This document shows positions 1 through 9,944 of a stretch of DNA of 64,000 nt, one piece after another. Numbering within the stretch: the first letter of the stretch is position 1; each line of letters opens with the position of its first letter. The notes under the pieces were generated by a model, which saw only the letters and a program-made list of their open reading frames with translations, made no database searches and had not been told where the DNA came from. The position numbers and the translations under genes are program-made. The stretch spans positions 1-64,000 of the forward strand of contig CAWIEK010000065.1 in assembly GCA_963835065.1 (NCBI GenBank), in the 5' to 3' direction. The DNA comes from an uncultured Chthonomonadaceae bacterium (GTDB lineage: Bacteria > Armatimonadota > Chthonomonadetes > Chthonomonadales > Chthonomonadaceae).

Positions 1-2
1 AC

Positions 3-290
3 ACGCATTTCGACCACACGTTGCCATTTGCAACGCAGGCGTCTGCGTTGGCGGGGGCGACAGGATTGACCGCTGCCGAGTGGCAGACGCTGCCCCTGCT
101 CATCAACCTCCCTAGTTTCAACGTCATTACGGCGCTTCTGCTTGCCGAACTGCATGGCCGCATGGGGTATTTCCCTGCCGTGCTAAGACTGCGCCCAATT
201 CCTGGAACCACACCCCCACAGTTTGAAGTGGCTGAGATTCTAAACTTGCAATCTGTACGTGATACAGCGCGTACAGCGCGTGGAACATGA
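3..290 (+). CDS. csx15: CRISPR-associated protein Csx15 (5'-truncated by window edge)
   Basis: Frame open from position 3. Peptide EWQTLPLLINLPSFNVITALLLAELHGRMGYFPAVLRLRP..FEVAEILNLQ matches the Csx15 signature as I recall it. Confidence 0.8.
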   Translation, partial: THFDHTLPFATQASALAGATGLTAAEWQTLPLLINLPSFNVITALLLAELHGRMGYFPAVLRLRPIPGTTPPQFEVAEILNLQSVRDTARTARGT

Positions 291-346
291 GGGCAAGTAT
301 CAATTCACTGTTTACGTCTCTGCCAGCTCCTCTGCCCGGATATTAA

Positions 347-418
347 AAGACAGGCCCCTGCTTCGTGTCCGTAGATTGTTGATCACCATTCTACGGACAC
401 GAAGCAGGGGCCTGTCTT
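347..418. terminator. 29-bp perfect inverted repeat between convergent genes (probable bidirectional terminator)
   Basis: aagacaggcccctgcttcgtgtccgtaga (347-375) is the exact reverse complement of 390-418. Confidence 0.65.
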
Positions 419-441
419 GGCTTTTCTTGATGACGGCATGA

Positions 442-3400
442 CTAATCTACGAAGTTGAACTCGTTGGTCATGAGCAGAGCCTGGATGTAGCGTTCCCAAT
501 TGGACAGGGCGGTGGAAGGGGCGGCGGGGCCGCTGAAGCCTTCGCGGGCGTTCCACGATTGCGGGGAGGCAGCGCTTGCTGAAGCCAATTTCGGGCCGTC
601 AGACACGACACGAACCGTCGGCGTCCATGTGAAGGCGTCGAAACTCTGCTCCTTGTTGCAGTCCACGACAAAGTCCAGGCTGTCGCCCTTTTGCACCACG
701 ATTTTGGCAACCGGCGTCGGCATGTTCGCATGGAACACCGTCCACGCGCCCACTTCACCCAACCGGCTCGACACCACGCGCCCCCGGACGCCATCGCCCT
801 TGTCGCTCTGATGGTTCAGCGCGCCTTCTACGGAAACAAAGCCGTTGATGGGCGATACCCACCGCCGCACTACCGCGTGCTGCATGTCCCAACCCGGATG
901 CCCGCCCTGCGCGTTCAGGCTCATAAATTGCAGTTTCGGGTCGGGGAAATTGGTGCCGCCCTGCCACTGCTGGCCGGCAAAGTGCGTAAAGGGCGTGAAG
1001 CCAAGCACATGTCCGCTTTGCGGATCGTATTCGCCCCAACCGTATTTCCACGGCGACGCTTCCGCCGCTTCCGGCACACCCGCAGGAGGCTGATGCAGGA
1101 AGTTGACGCCAAGCGCGATCTCGTCCGCGCTCGGCATACGCCCGAACACGCGGCGATACAGGGCGCGAATACGGGCGGTTTCGTCTTTAGCGGAATTCGT
1201 ATCTTTGGCGGCAGTCGCGTTGTTGACTGCGCTGCTGTCTTTAACGCCGCTATTGCCTTTGGACATGCCGCTGTCTTTGGCCGTGCCTGCGCTGTTCGCT
1301 CCATTCAATTGCGCTTCACCGGCAAGCGCCTGCGCCTGCTGCACCACGAACGGGCTGTTCATCAGATAGAGCGCCTGCTGCGGGACGCTGGTATTGATGC
1401 GCTGCGCCGCGCTTTGGTCGGGACTGGCAAAATCGAATGTGCGGTACAGCCCTTGCAGGTTGTTGCGATTGACATAGCCGTACAGGGTGCGCCGCGTGGT
1501 ATACGGCATCGTGGTCAGTTCCACCGCCGGCCCGCCCAACTTGGTATCCAGTTTGCCGGACACGAACAGCAGGCTGTCGCGCAGGCTTTCCAGATCAAGA
1601 CGCTGCCGGTTCTGCCGCCACAGCAGGCGGTTCTCCGGGTCTGCCGTGAACGCCAGTTGCGCAACGGCGGGCGTAGCGTCGCTGCTCATCTGATACGCGC
1701 TGGAAAGCAGTATCATGCGGTGCAGATTCTTAACCGACCACGCAGAAGTGTTGGGTGTTGAGTGTTGGGTGTTGGGCGAGACCTTTTCTGTTCCCTGTTC
1801 CCTGTTCCCTGTTCCCTGCATGAAGTTGTAGGAAAGGTAATCCAGCAGTTCCGGGTGCGTGGGCTTTTCGCCGCGTATGCCGAAGTCGCTAGGCGTACGC
1901 ACGATGCCGTAGCCGAAGTGGTTCAGCCACACGCGGTTGACGAACACGCGCGCCGTCAGGGGATTGTCTTTGCCTGCGATATAATGCGCCAGTTCCAGGC
2001 GTCCGCTGCCGGTGGGCGGCAGGGGCTTTTCCCCCGAAATGGAAAGACACGTCAGGAAGCGGCGCGGAACCACGTCGCCCTGATTGTTGATGTTGCCGCG
2101 CACGAAAACGCGCTGCGGATTGTTGTTGCCGTTGTCCTTCATTGCCATGCCGAAATCGGGCTTGGGCGGCACGTTTTTGTTCAGTTCGGCCATTGTGGTT
2201 CGCAGAGCCGTGACGCGATCCCGCGCCGCGCTTTCAAACAGGGGCGCAAGGGTGGCGTACTGCGGCGGCGTGGGCAGTTGATCTTCCCGCAGCGACTGCA
2301 GCACGGCCTTTTCTTTTGCAGGAACGCTGTCAGGCGACTTCATCACCATGCCCCGCAGACGCCGTATCTGTTCGCGCGTCAGCTTGTCCGTTTCCCCCTG
2401 CGCGGCATTGAGTTTTTGCAGATACTCCTCATAGGGACGGGACTGCTCGACGGGCGAAACGGGAACCGTGTTTTCCGCCGTCCGGTCGAACACGCTGTAC
2501 ATCGCGTAGTAGTCTTTGTTGGAAATCGGGTCGAACTTGTGGTCGTGGCAGCGGGCGCAGGCAACCGTCAGGCCCATCAGCCCGCGCGCCGTCACGTCAA
2601 TGCGGTCATCGTTGATCAACTGACCGTCGTTGAGGAAGCGCCGCCCAACCGTAATAAAGCCCATTGCCGCCTGCGCGGGCCGATTGTCGGGGCAGGCAAG
2701 GTCGGCGGCCAGTTGCTGCGTCACAAACTGGTCATACGGCAGGTCGCTGTTGAACGACTTGACAACGTAATCGCGGTACGTGTAAGCGTTGTGGAAATCC
2801 GGGTCTTCGGTGAACACATAGCCTTTGGTGTCGGCGTAGCGGGCCACATCCAGCCAGTGCCGCGCCCACCGCTCGCCATAATGCGGGCTTGCCAGCAGCC
2901 GGTCTACCACTTTGGCGAACGCATCCGGGGATTTGTCGGCGACGAAAGCGTCTATCTCTTCGGGCGTGGGCGGCAGGCCGATCAGATCGAAAGTAGCGCG
3001 GCGAATCAGCGTTCGGCGATCCGCGGGCGGCGCGGGTTTCAGCCCCTTCGCTTCCAATTTGGCGAGGATAAAGCGGTCAATCGGGGATTTGCACCAGGCC
3101 ATGTTCTTGACGGCAGGCAAAGGCGGGTTCTTCACGGGCTGAAACGACCAGAAACTCTTTTGCGCGTCGGAAAGGACGTACTCGCCGCGCTGCGCTGCCC
3201 GCGCCGCATCCGAAACTTTGGCGTTGGGCCAGGGCGCGCCCATCTTGACCCATTCCGTCAGGGCGGCGATTTCCTCGTCCTTCAGCTTGCCGTTCGGCGG
3301 CATTTTCAACGCGCCCGTGTAATGCACAGCGGTCAGCAGGCGGCTTTTTTCCAGATTGCCGGGAACCAGAACCGGCCCGCCTCCGCCGCCCTTGAGCATG

Positions 3401-3726
3401 GCGTCCAGCGAGTCGAGTCGCAATCCGCCCTGCTGCGCTTTGTCGGAATGGCAGGAAAAGCAGCGATTGAACAGCAGGGGCCGCACATGCGTTTCAAAAA
3501 ACTCGGCCTGTTGCGGCGTGACAACGGGCGCTTGCGCGCCATTTACCGCCGGCTTGGGCGGTTCCGCCGCAACAGTAATGGACGCCGCGCCCAGCAGCGC
3601 CAATGCGCCGGTCAGCAGTCCCAAAACCTGATAGCGCGCGGAAACCTGATGCCGCTCTGAAGAACGAAGTGTGCCGTAATTTCTCAAAATCCCGTCTCCC
3701 GTTTTCCTGCCGATAGATACAAGCAA
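442..3726 (-). CDS. Planctomycete-type cytochrome c / DUF1549 / DUF1553 (PSD1) protein
   Basis: Signal-like segment; CFSCH and CARCH heme motifs; HYGERWARHWLDVARYADT and NPLTARVFVNRVWLNHFGYGIVRTPSDFG motifs. Start uncertain. Confidence 0.9.
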   Translation of the reverse strand: MLVSIGRKTGDGILRNYGTLRSSERHQVSARYQVLGLLTGALALLGAASITVAAEPPKPAVNGAQAPVVTPQQAEFFETHVRPLLFNRCFSCHSDKAQQGGLRLDSLDAMLKGGGGGPVLVPGNLEKSRLLTAVHYTGALKMPPNGKLKDEEIAALTEWVKMGAPWPNAKVSDAARAAQRGEYVLSDAQKSFWSFQPVKNPPLPAVKNMAWCKSPIDRFILAKLEAKGLKPAPPADRRTLIRRATFDLIGLPPTPEEIDAFVADKSPDAFAKVVDRLLASPHYGERWARHWLDVARYADTKGYVFTEDPDFHNAYTYRDYVVKSFNSDLPYDQFVTQQLAADLACPDNRPAQAAMGFITVGRRFLNDGQLINDDRIDVTARGLMGLTVACARCHDHKFDPISNKDYYAMYSVFDRTAENTVPVSPVEQSRPYEEYLQKLNAAQGETDKLTREQIRRLRGMVMKSPDSVPAKEKAVLQSLREDQLPTPPQYATLAPLFESAARDRVTALRTTMAELNKNVPPKPDFGMAMKDNGNNNPQRVFVRGNINNQGDVVPRRFLTCLSISGEKPLPPTGSGRLELAHYIAGKDNPLTARVFVNRVWLNHFGYGIVRTPSDFGIRGEKPTHPELLDYLSYNFMQGTGNREQGTEKVSPNTQHSTPNTSAWSVKNLHRMILLSSAYQMSSDATPAVAQLAFTADPENRLLWRQNRQRLDLESLRDSLLFVSGKLDTKLGGPAVELTTMPYTTRRTLYGYVNRNNLQGLYRTFDFASPDQSAAQRINTSVPQQALYLMNSPFVVQQAQALAGEAQLNGANSAGTAKDSGMSKGNSGVKDSSAVNNATAAKDTNSAKDETARIRALYRRVFGRMPSADEIALGVNFLHQPPAGVPEAAEASPWKYGWGEYDPQSGHVLGFTPFTHFAGQQWQGGTNFPDPKLQFMSLNAQGGHPGWDMQHAVVRRWVSPINGFVSVEGALNHQSDKGDGVRGRVVSSRLGEVGAWTVFHANMPTPVAKIVVQKGDSLDFVVDCNKEQSFDAFTWTPTVRVVSDGPKLASASAASPQSWNAREGFSGPAAPSTALSNWERYIQALLMTNEFNFVD
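1748..1816. repeat. Paired heptamer tandem repeats inside CDS
   Basis: Coding strand reads (GGGAACA)x4, short spacer, (CCCAACA)x4, encoding QGTGNREQGTEKVSPNTQHSTPNT. Confidence 0.9.
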
Positions 3727-3763
3727 ACCGCCCCATCGTCGCTCACTTCACGCAGGCAGTTTC

Positions 3764-3802
3764 CCAACCACCCAATACCAAATACCGAATACCAAACACC
3801 AA
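3764..3802. repeat. Degenerate heptamer block (AATACCR)
   Basis: cccaataccaaataccgaataccaaacaccaa. Confidence 0.7.
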
Positions 3803-3951
3803 ATTAGTGTACAATCTCCGGCGTGACTTTGCAGGGGCTTTTGATTAGTTTTGACACGAAAAGGCGGGATTTGTTGCGCGGATCACGGACGCGGCGTACC
3901 GTTTCGATGCGATACGTAATTTGTATCCATGCAGGGCGCAGACAAACGAAT

Positions 3952-3987
3952 ACCACCCGTCCTTGAGTTGTTGAAGGATGGGTGGTT
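3952..3987 (-). terminator. Hairpin downstream of cold-shock gene
   Basis: accacccgtcctt / aaggatgggtggt stem with one mismatch. Confidence 0.5.
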
Positions 3988-4042
3988 TATGAAGGAGTAA
4001 GGATTCAACAGCCGGACTTTGAGGCAGGCGTCCAAAACGCCT

Positions 4043-4075
4043 GAAACCCTAAAACCCTAAAACCATAGAACCCTA
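4043..4075. repeat. Heptamer/octamer block (AAACCCT-type)
   Basis: gaaaccctaaaaccctaaaaccatagaacccta just past the csp stop. Confidence 0.7.
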
Positions 4076-4090
4076 TGTACCTGGCCTCTG

Positions 4091-4309
4091 TTACGCTGTC
4101 GCCATGAGCGGCGCGACATTGGAGGCCTGTCGGCCTTTGGGCGTGTCAATCGAAGAGTAGCTGACTTCCTGACCCTCGCGCAGAGTCTTGAAGCCCTCCG
4201 TTTGTATCACCGAATAGTGGACGAACACGTCCACGCCGTCTTCCGCCTCGATGAAGCCGTAGCCTTTGGCGTCGTTAAACCACTTCACTTTACCTTTGGT
4301 GTCAACCAT
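4091..4309 (-). CDS. cspA: Cold-shock domain protein
   Basis: [16 protein letters not shown] (RNP1) and DVFVHYS (RNP2); 72 aa. Confidence 0.95.
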   Translation of the reverse strand: MVDTKGKVKWFNDAKGYGFIEAEDGVDVFVHYSVIQTEGFKTLREGQEVSYSSIDTPKGRQASNVAPLMATA

Positions 4310-4573
4310 CGTTCTGTTCTCCTACTTCGTCCCGTGACCGTCCCGGGCTTACCGCGTGATGATGCTTATTTTGGATGTTGATTAAGGAAGCGCGACGGCG
4401 CGATCCATTCGTCTTTGCCTGCGTTGTGGGCAGGGCAGACGTTTGCGACATGCCTACTTCTCTTATTTGCATGAAGTGTGCCAAATCGCGCAAAAATGCG
4501 CTTTCTTGCCAAAATTTCGTAAAAATTTCAGGAAAAATCCGAATATTAGGTAAATGTACGGGTATAGATACGC

Positions 4574-4632
4574 GGTGTTCAGGTATTCAGGTGTTCAGAT
4601 AGTGGATGTTCGGTGTTCGGTATTCGGTATAT
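4574..4632. repeat. Octamer plus heptamer block (GGTRTTCA / GGTRTTC)
   Basis: ggtgttcaggtattcaggtgttcag...gttcggtgttcggtattcggtat. Confidence 0.7.
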
Positions 4633-4859
4633 GGAGGCTGAACGGTGTGTACAGGCGTCATAAGGCAGCGAACGGGGAACTGTAATGCCGGCGCGGCAAA
4701 GTGAGGGACTTTGGTTTGCAGGCAAAAGATAGATTTCAGGGCCATCAGGAGAAGGGTTGAAGTCAAATAAGCCCCTCCCCGTATTCCGTATTTCTGCTTC
4801 GCTTTGGAAATACGGTTTGAGGAGAGAGGCATGTGTACCTGTAGACGCCTGGGGGAGAG

Positions 4860-5294
4860 CTACGGGCTGATGTTCAGGGTTTTGCCTGTCGGACGTGATG
4901 GCATGATTCTGTGGGAACGCGCGTGCCGGACCCGTTTCAGATGCTGACGCATCTGGCCTTGTTGTGTCTGCACATCCGACATGGCGCGCGCCAGGGCGGC
5001 TTCACAGGCTTGCAATTGCTGTTGGACTTCCCGCGTCAGATGCGCAATGACCGGGTTCTGCCTGTCCGCCGGGGAACTCATTTCAGCCCACTGCGCAAGT
5101 GCCGGAGCAAGCAGCCCGGACGCCTGCCGGACAAGGTCCATATCCTCGCAGCGCAGCGCGCTCTGTATCTCCCCGGCCAATTGTTCCAGTCGGCGCAGCG
5201 TCCGCAAGCGCGCGTCTTCCGCCGAACCCACCGCAGCGGAAGCCTTACCGGAAGAAGCGTCAAACCGAGAGAAGTTTTGCATTAGTTCAGGCAT
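4860..5294 (-). CDS. Helical hypothetical protein in FliT position (possible FliT/FlgN-like chaperone)
   Basis: Overlaps the fliS stop; coiled-coil-like; position in fliD-fliS-X operon. Confidence 0.55.
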   Translation of the reverse strand: MPELMQNFSRFDASSGKASAAVGSAEDARLRTLRRLEQLAGEIQSALRCEDMDLVRQASGLLAPALAQWAEMSSPADRQNPVIAHLTREVQQQLQACEAALARAMSDVQTQQGQMRQHLKRVRHARSHRIMPSRPTGKTLNISP

Positions 5295-5877
5295 GGAGAC
5301 TCCCCAAACGCGGCGAATTGCCGATTTTCGATTTTCGATTTTCGATTGCCGATAGATTGCTTTCTGTTCCCTGTTCCCTGTTCCCTGTTCCCTGTCCTGT
5401 CTTCTCTTCTTCCCCTGCTCCCGGCTCCGTCAGCCGCTCCACTTCCACCCACGACGCCCACAGGTCGCGCAGCATGGACTGCACGAATTTTACGGGTTCG
5501 GGCTGGTCGTGGAGGTTTGCCACCACCAATTGTTCCAGCATGTGGGTGTACAAGCGCGCCAGATTGTCGGCGACTTCGCTGCCTTTTTCACGGTTGAGCG
5601 AGCCGAGCAGTTCGGCAATGATACGCTGCGCTTTCAGCAGGTTTTCATGCTGAACGGGTAAGTCCTTAGCCGCCATAGCATCGAAAGCAAGCTGGCAAAA
5701 GCGTATCGCGCCCTCGTACAGCATGATAACCAGGCGCGTGGGCGACGCGGTTTCCACTTGCGCGCGCTGATACTGCTGTGACGCGCTGCCCATCCGGGAC
5801 TTTACGGCGGCTTTGGACGGCACAGGCGATGTGCCTGTTGAGTAGGGCTGGTTGGAATAAGAATGGGCGAGAGCCAT
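5287..5877 (-). CDS. fliS: Flagellar export chaperone FliS
   Basis: YQRAQVETASPTRLVIMLYEGAIRF..KAQRIIAELLGSLN..NLARLY. The C-terminal tail is encoded by heptamer repeats. Confidence 0.93.
   Translation of the reverse strand: MALAHSYSNQPYSTGTSPVPSKAAVKSRMGSASQQYQRAQVETASPTRLVIMLYEGAIRFCQLAFDAMAAKDLPVQHENLLKAQRIIAELLGSLNREKGSEVADNLARLYTHMLEQLVVANLHDQPEPVKFVQSMLRDLWASWVEVERLTEPGAGEEEKTGQGTGNREQGTESNLSAIENRKSKIGNSPRLGSLHA
5322..5395. repeat. Paired heptamer repeats in fliS 3' end
   Basis: Coding strand (GGGAACA)x4 then (AAAATCG)x3-4. Confidence 0.9.
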
Positions 5878-5929
5878 GGGTTGTGTTGCTCCGAATGTCC
5901 GGGTGTGTCAGGTGATTATGGACGCGCGC

Positions 5930-8260
5930 TTAGATGCTGATGGAACTGCCGGAACTGCTGGAACTGCTCGACAGGGTGCTGACTCCCAGGGAGGCAAGGC
6001 CGGCGCTGGCGGATTTGATCTGCGCAATCGCCACTTCCATCGCCGTAAACTGGTCTTTCAAGCGCTGCTGCTCGTCTTTTAGGCGCGACTCAATATCGTC
6101 AATGTTGCTCTGGTAATCGTCAATGTTGGTTTGCAGGCCCGCCGCGGCGGTCGTCAGCGCGCCCGTATAGCCGTCCGTCTGCGCGGTGACATAGTTTTTC
6201 ACCACATCCGCGACGCCGGAAGTGTACACGACATTGCCGTAACTGCCGGGCGCAGTGGCCGTGACGCGCAGTTGCAGGCCAAGCGCCTGGCCGTTTGCGC
6301 CATACGCGCCTGCGATCTGCGAACCGGTCAGAAACTGCCCGATGCCCGTCGCGCTTTCGCCGTTAATGGTTCCAACAACATCCACGCCGTGAACTTCCTG
6401 CGGCGTGGTTCCGACTCCGCTCGTGTTCGTGCCGATACTGGCGCTGGAAACAACCGCAAAGTCGGCTGCGGAACCGTACTGCTTGCTGGTCAGCCGCAAT
6501 TGCCCGCCCGGAGCCAGGGACGCGGAAATCTGCGCCCCGATAACCGGGTCGGCATTGATTTGCGAGACAATATCGGAAGCGGACGCGCCCGCGTGAAGCT
6601 GAATACTCCGGCCTTGCAGGGGCGAACCCGTTGGCGATGTGCCGAACAGCGCCCCGGCAAACGTCAGCGATTCGTCCGTCGCAAGGGGCTGCGTTTGCGC
6701 GCTTGCCGATGTATACGTGGCCTGGCCCGCGGGAGTAAAGACTTGAACGGCGTACCCATTGGAACTGCTCGGCACACTGTCTTTTGTGGCCGAAACAAAC
6801 TGCACGTTCGGGTCGGTGGGAGCGCCGGACGCCTGGAACAGTTTGGCGACGCCGTTCAGATTGGTTGCCAACTGCGAGGAAAGCGTGGCGTCATCCACGC
6901 TCAGGCGGTCATCCTGGCCGAGCGTAATGCCGACCTGCGAGAGCAGACTCAGGTTCAGGGGCAGGCCGGGAACGCTGCCATTGGTCAGCGAAACCAGATT
7001 GTCGTAAACGCTTTGCGTGGTGCTGTCGCCGAACAGGGCGCCGGTTTTGCCCGAACCTCCATCGTACTGCGAGTAGCCGTCAATGGTGTCGAGCGTGTCG
7101 TTGTAGGCTTTGACGAACGCCTGGATGTTGCTTTTAACGGTGGCTGTATCGCTGGAAACCGTTAAATTCGCGCTGCCGGCGGCAACGAGGTTGATGGTCA
7201 CGCCGGAAAGGGCATCCGTAAACGTGTTGGTCGGGCGGCTGGCGGAAATGTTGTCAATGGTAAAGGCGGCGTCCCTGGCCTGCGCCAGTTCGCGGCCTGT
7301 TCCTAAATCATTTTGCGCGATTCCCAGATTTGCCAGCACGTTGTTGCTGTCCTGAAAGGCCGTGACATTGCTCAATTGAAGCTGCTGCTTGTTGGTGTTG
7401 GTAACAGGGTCGGTCACGGTGACGACCTGCGCTGTACCCGCCGCCACCGCGTTGATGTCACCGGCAATCTGGCTCAGGGAGTGGCTCAGGTCAATGGAAA
7501 CGGTTTGCGTTGCGCCGCCGACGGTCAACTGCACATTGCCCACAGCCGGCGTCGCCTGCCCTTGCAGCGTTCCCACGCTCGTGGCGCTGTCGGCAAACAG
7601 GCCGGAGCCAACTACGCCGCCGGACAGAGGGTGGGCAAAACTGGAGGTATTGGCGAACAGTCCGAGCGTGCCGCCGAGAAGATTGCCCGTACCCGTATCA
7701 CTGATACTGATTTTGCCCTGAACGCCCGTGTTCGTACTGCCCAGCGTGAGATAATACTGGCCGGGTGAGGGCGTGAGAATGGACGCGGTAACGCCGGCCT
7801 GCGCGGAATTGATGTTGGCGGCAAGGGTTTGCAGGCTGTCGGCATCCTGATAGTTGATGGTTTTGCCATTAATCACAATCTGGCCGTGCTGATTGAACGG
7901 GTTTGTCTGGCTGGCTTGCGGGGCTGTGCCGATCAATTGCGCCTGGGCGAGATTGGTAACGTTGATGGCGTGTGTGCCGGTTTGCGCGCCGGTAGCCGCG
8001 CTGACGGTGGCAACTGTATCGCTGCTGCTCGTCGCAGTCACGAGGTTGAAGGCGCGCAGCGCGTCCAGGCTGTACGTCGCCACCTGCAAGCCGAGCAGTT
8101 TGGCGCTGACGGTGTTGTAGGCGGACTGGCGTTGCTGAAGATACTGCTGCTGAATTTTGATGGAATTTTCCGGCTCTTTGTCTACCGCAATCAACTGCGC
8201 AATGATGCTGGCGCTGTCAATGCCCGAAGAAAGCCCGGAAAAGTTGATACTGCCGCTCAT
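5930..8260 (-). CDS. fliD: Flagellar filament cap protein FliD
   Basis: N-term INFSGLSSGIDSASIIAQL; NTFTDALSGVTINL; C-term RLKDQFTAME. Confidence 0.93.
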   Translation of the reverse strand: MSGSINFSGLSSGIDSASIIAQLIAVDKEPENSIKIQQQYLQQRQSAYNTVSAKLLGLQVATYSLDALRAFNLVTATSSSDTVATVSAATGAQTGTHAINVTNLAQAQLIGTAPQASQTNPFNQHGQIVINGKTINYQDADSLQTLAANINSAQAGVTASILTPSPGQYYLTLGSTNTGVQGKISISDTGTGNLLGGTLGLFANTSSFAHPLSGGVVGSGLFADSATSVGTLQGQATPAVGNVQLTVGGATQTVSIDLSHSLSQIAGDINAVAAGTAQVVTVTDPVTNTNKQQLQLSNVTAFQDSNNVLANLGIAQNDLGTGRELAQARDAAFTIDNISASRPTNTFTDALSGVTINLVAAGSANLTVSSDTATVKSNIQAFVKAYNDTLDTIDGYSQYDGGSGKTGALFGDSTTQSVYDNLVSLTNGSVPGLPLNLSLLSQVGITLGQDDRLSVDDATLSSQLATNLNGVAKLFQASGAPTDPNVQFVSATKDSVPSSSNGYAVQVFTPAGQATYTSASAQTQPLATDESLTFAGALFGTSPTGSPLQGRSIQLHAGASASDIVSQINADPVIGAQISASLAPGGQLRLTSKQYGSAADFAVVSSASIGTNTSGVGTTPQEVHGVDVVGTINGESATGIGQFLTGSQIAGAYGANGQALGLQLRVTATAPGSYGNVVYTSGVADVVKNYVTAQTDGYTGALTTAAAGLQTNIDDYQSNIDDIESRLKDEQQRLKDQFTAMEVAIAQIKSASAGLASLGVSTLSSSSSSSGSSISI

Positions 8261-8279
8261 AGGCGCTCCTTAATTCAAA

Positions 8280-8407
<128 letters not shown>

Positions 8408-9913
8408 TTATTTGAGCAGTGCCAACACCTGCTGCGGCGCCTGGTTCGCCTGCGCCAAAACCGACGTGCCCGCCTGCTGAATGATCTGGTTTTTGGTCAG
8501 GTTCACGACTTCCGAAGCCACATTCGTGTCGCGTATCTGGCTTTCCGACGCGGACAGGTTCTCCACGCCGACGTTCAGATAGTTGATGGTAGAGTCCAGC
8601 GTGTTCTTTTGGAAGGCGCCGAGATTGGCGCGCAGTTGCGTCACCTGCCCGATGGCTTCATCCGCAATGGTGATCGCGTTGGTGGCTCCCGTTGTTGTCG
8701 TCACGTCAATCAGGGACAGGTTCGAGCCGGCGACGCTGGTGTTGCCCAGGTTGGTGGCGCGGATATTGCCCAGGCTGGCGCTTACCGTCTGGCCGGCGTT
8801 GGCGCCGATCTGGAACTGGAGATTGCCCGCCGTAACGGTGGCAACCGTCAGCTGCGGCGAACCCGTCGGACTGACATAGCTGGATTGGAACGCTTCCTGC
8901 AGCAGGATGCTGTTGCCGTAGGTGTCGGTTACTTTCAGGCCGCTGTCGGTTGCGGAACGTCCTCCGGTAAAGGTGGCAACGACGCTTGTGACCGCGCCAT
9001 TGACCAGTGCGGACGCGATGACCGTGACGGTAGCGTTGGTTCCCTTGACCAGCGTGGGCGCTCCGGTTCCCGTCAGCAGGGGAGACGACTCGCTCTCGTT
9101 GATCTGGAAGTTGGAGCCGTAGTTCTGCTGCGTCAGGACGATGGAACCCGAACCGTTGGCAGTGGTGAAGTCCGCCGATACGCCCGTTGTGCCGGCCAGG
9201 TTGTTGATCTTGTTGATCAAGGTCTGCACCGTGTCCGAACCGCTGATGGCGATGGACTGCCCGTTGAGAACAACCGTGCCGCCGCTGCCGGTTTTGAGGC
9301 CGGCCACCGTGCTGATGCTGGCCTTGACGCTGGCATACGTCGCCAGGCCCGATACCTGAGCGCGCGTGGAAACTCCATTCAGCGTGACGTTGACCGTACC
9401 GGTTTGCGTGGCAAGGTTGTTAAACACGCCGCCGATGTTGATACCCGCGACGTTCTTGGTGTCTACAACCGCAGAGGAGATTCCTGACGAGCCATCAAGG
9501 AGGCGCTTGGTTCCGAACTGGGTCTGCTCGGCGATGCGCTCGATGCTGGCAATGGCCGACGTGATCTGCGTCTGGTCGGCCTGCACCGCCACCTGGTCGT
9601 TGACGCCGGTGTTGGCGGCATGTACGGCAAGCTGGCGCACGTTGCGCAGCAGGCTGTTCACTTCGGTCAATGCGCCTTCCGAAGTTTTGATCAGGTTGGT
9701 GGCGTCCTGGCTGTTGCTGACGGCCTGGTTCAAGCCGTCAATCTGGGCGCGCAGGGATTCGGAGATGATCAAGCCGGACGGATCATCGGCGGCGCGGTTG
9801 ATGCGCAAGCCGGAAGACAGCTTTTCGATGCTGCTGGCGACTTTGTTGGAAACCTTGTTGAGGTTGTTGAGCGCGTTGAGCGCCGTGACGTTGGTGTTGA
9901 TCTGCAATGACAC
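8408..9913 (-). CDS. fliC: Flagellin
   Basis: GTG start SLQINTN with GGAGG RBS; LSSGLRINRAADD; C-term IRDTNVASE..VLAQANQAPQQVLALLK. Confidence 0.97.
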   Translation of the reverse strand: MSLQINTNVTALNALNNLNKVSNKVASSIEKLSSGLRINRAADDPSGLIISESLRAQIDGLNQAVSNSQDATNLIKTSEGALTEVNSLLRNVRQLAVHAANTGVNDQVAVQADQTQITSAIASIERIAEQTQFGTKRLLDGSSGISSAVVDTKNVAGINIGGVFNNLATQTGTVNVTLNGVSTRAQVSGLATYASVKASISTVAGLKTGSGGTVVLNGQSIAISGSDTVQTLINKINNLAGTTGVSADFTTANGSGSIVLTQQNYGSNFQINESESSPLLTGTGAPTLVKGTNATVTVIASALVNGAVTSVVATFTGGRSATDSGLKVTDTYGNSILLQEAFQSSYVSPTGSPQLTVATVTAGNLQFQIGANAGQTVSASLGNIRATNLGNTSVAGSNLSLIDVTTTTGATNAITIADEAIGQVTQLRANLGAFQKNTLDSTINYLNVGVENLSASESQIRDTNVASEVVNLTKNQIIQQAGTSVLAQANQAPQQVLALLK

Positions 9914-9944
9914 TGGGATATTCCTCCATGAATTGCCCGCGGGG

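Noticed and set aside
1..441. CRISPR array next to csx15
   Set aside because: No repeat-spacer periodicity; only a single palindrome.
691..3660. Long plus-strand ORFs (356 and 632 aa)
   Set aside because: Antisense shadows of the DUF1553 gene. The same applies to 6131-7165, 7829-9487, 26338-29244 and 48847-50307.
4310..4860. Riboswitch or sRNA upstream of the cold-shock gene
   Set aside because: Some hairpin potential but no motif I can recognise; needs an Rfam scan.
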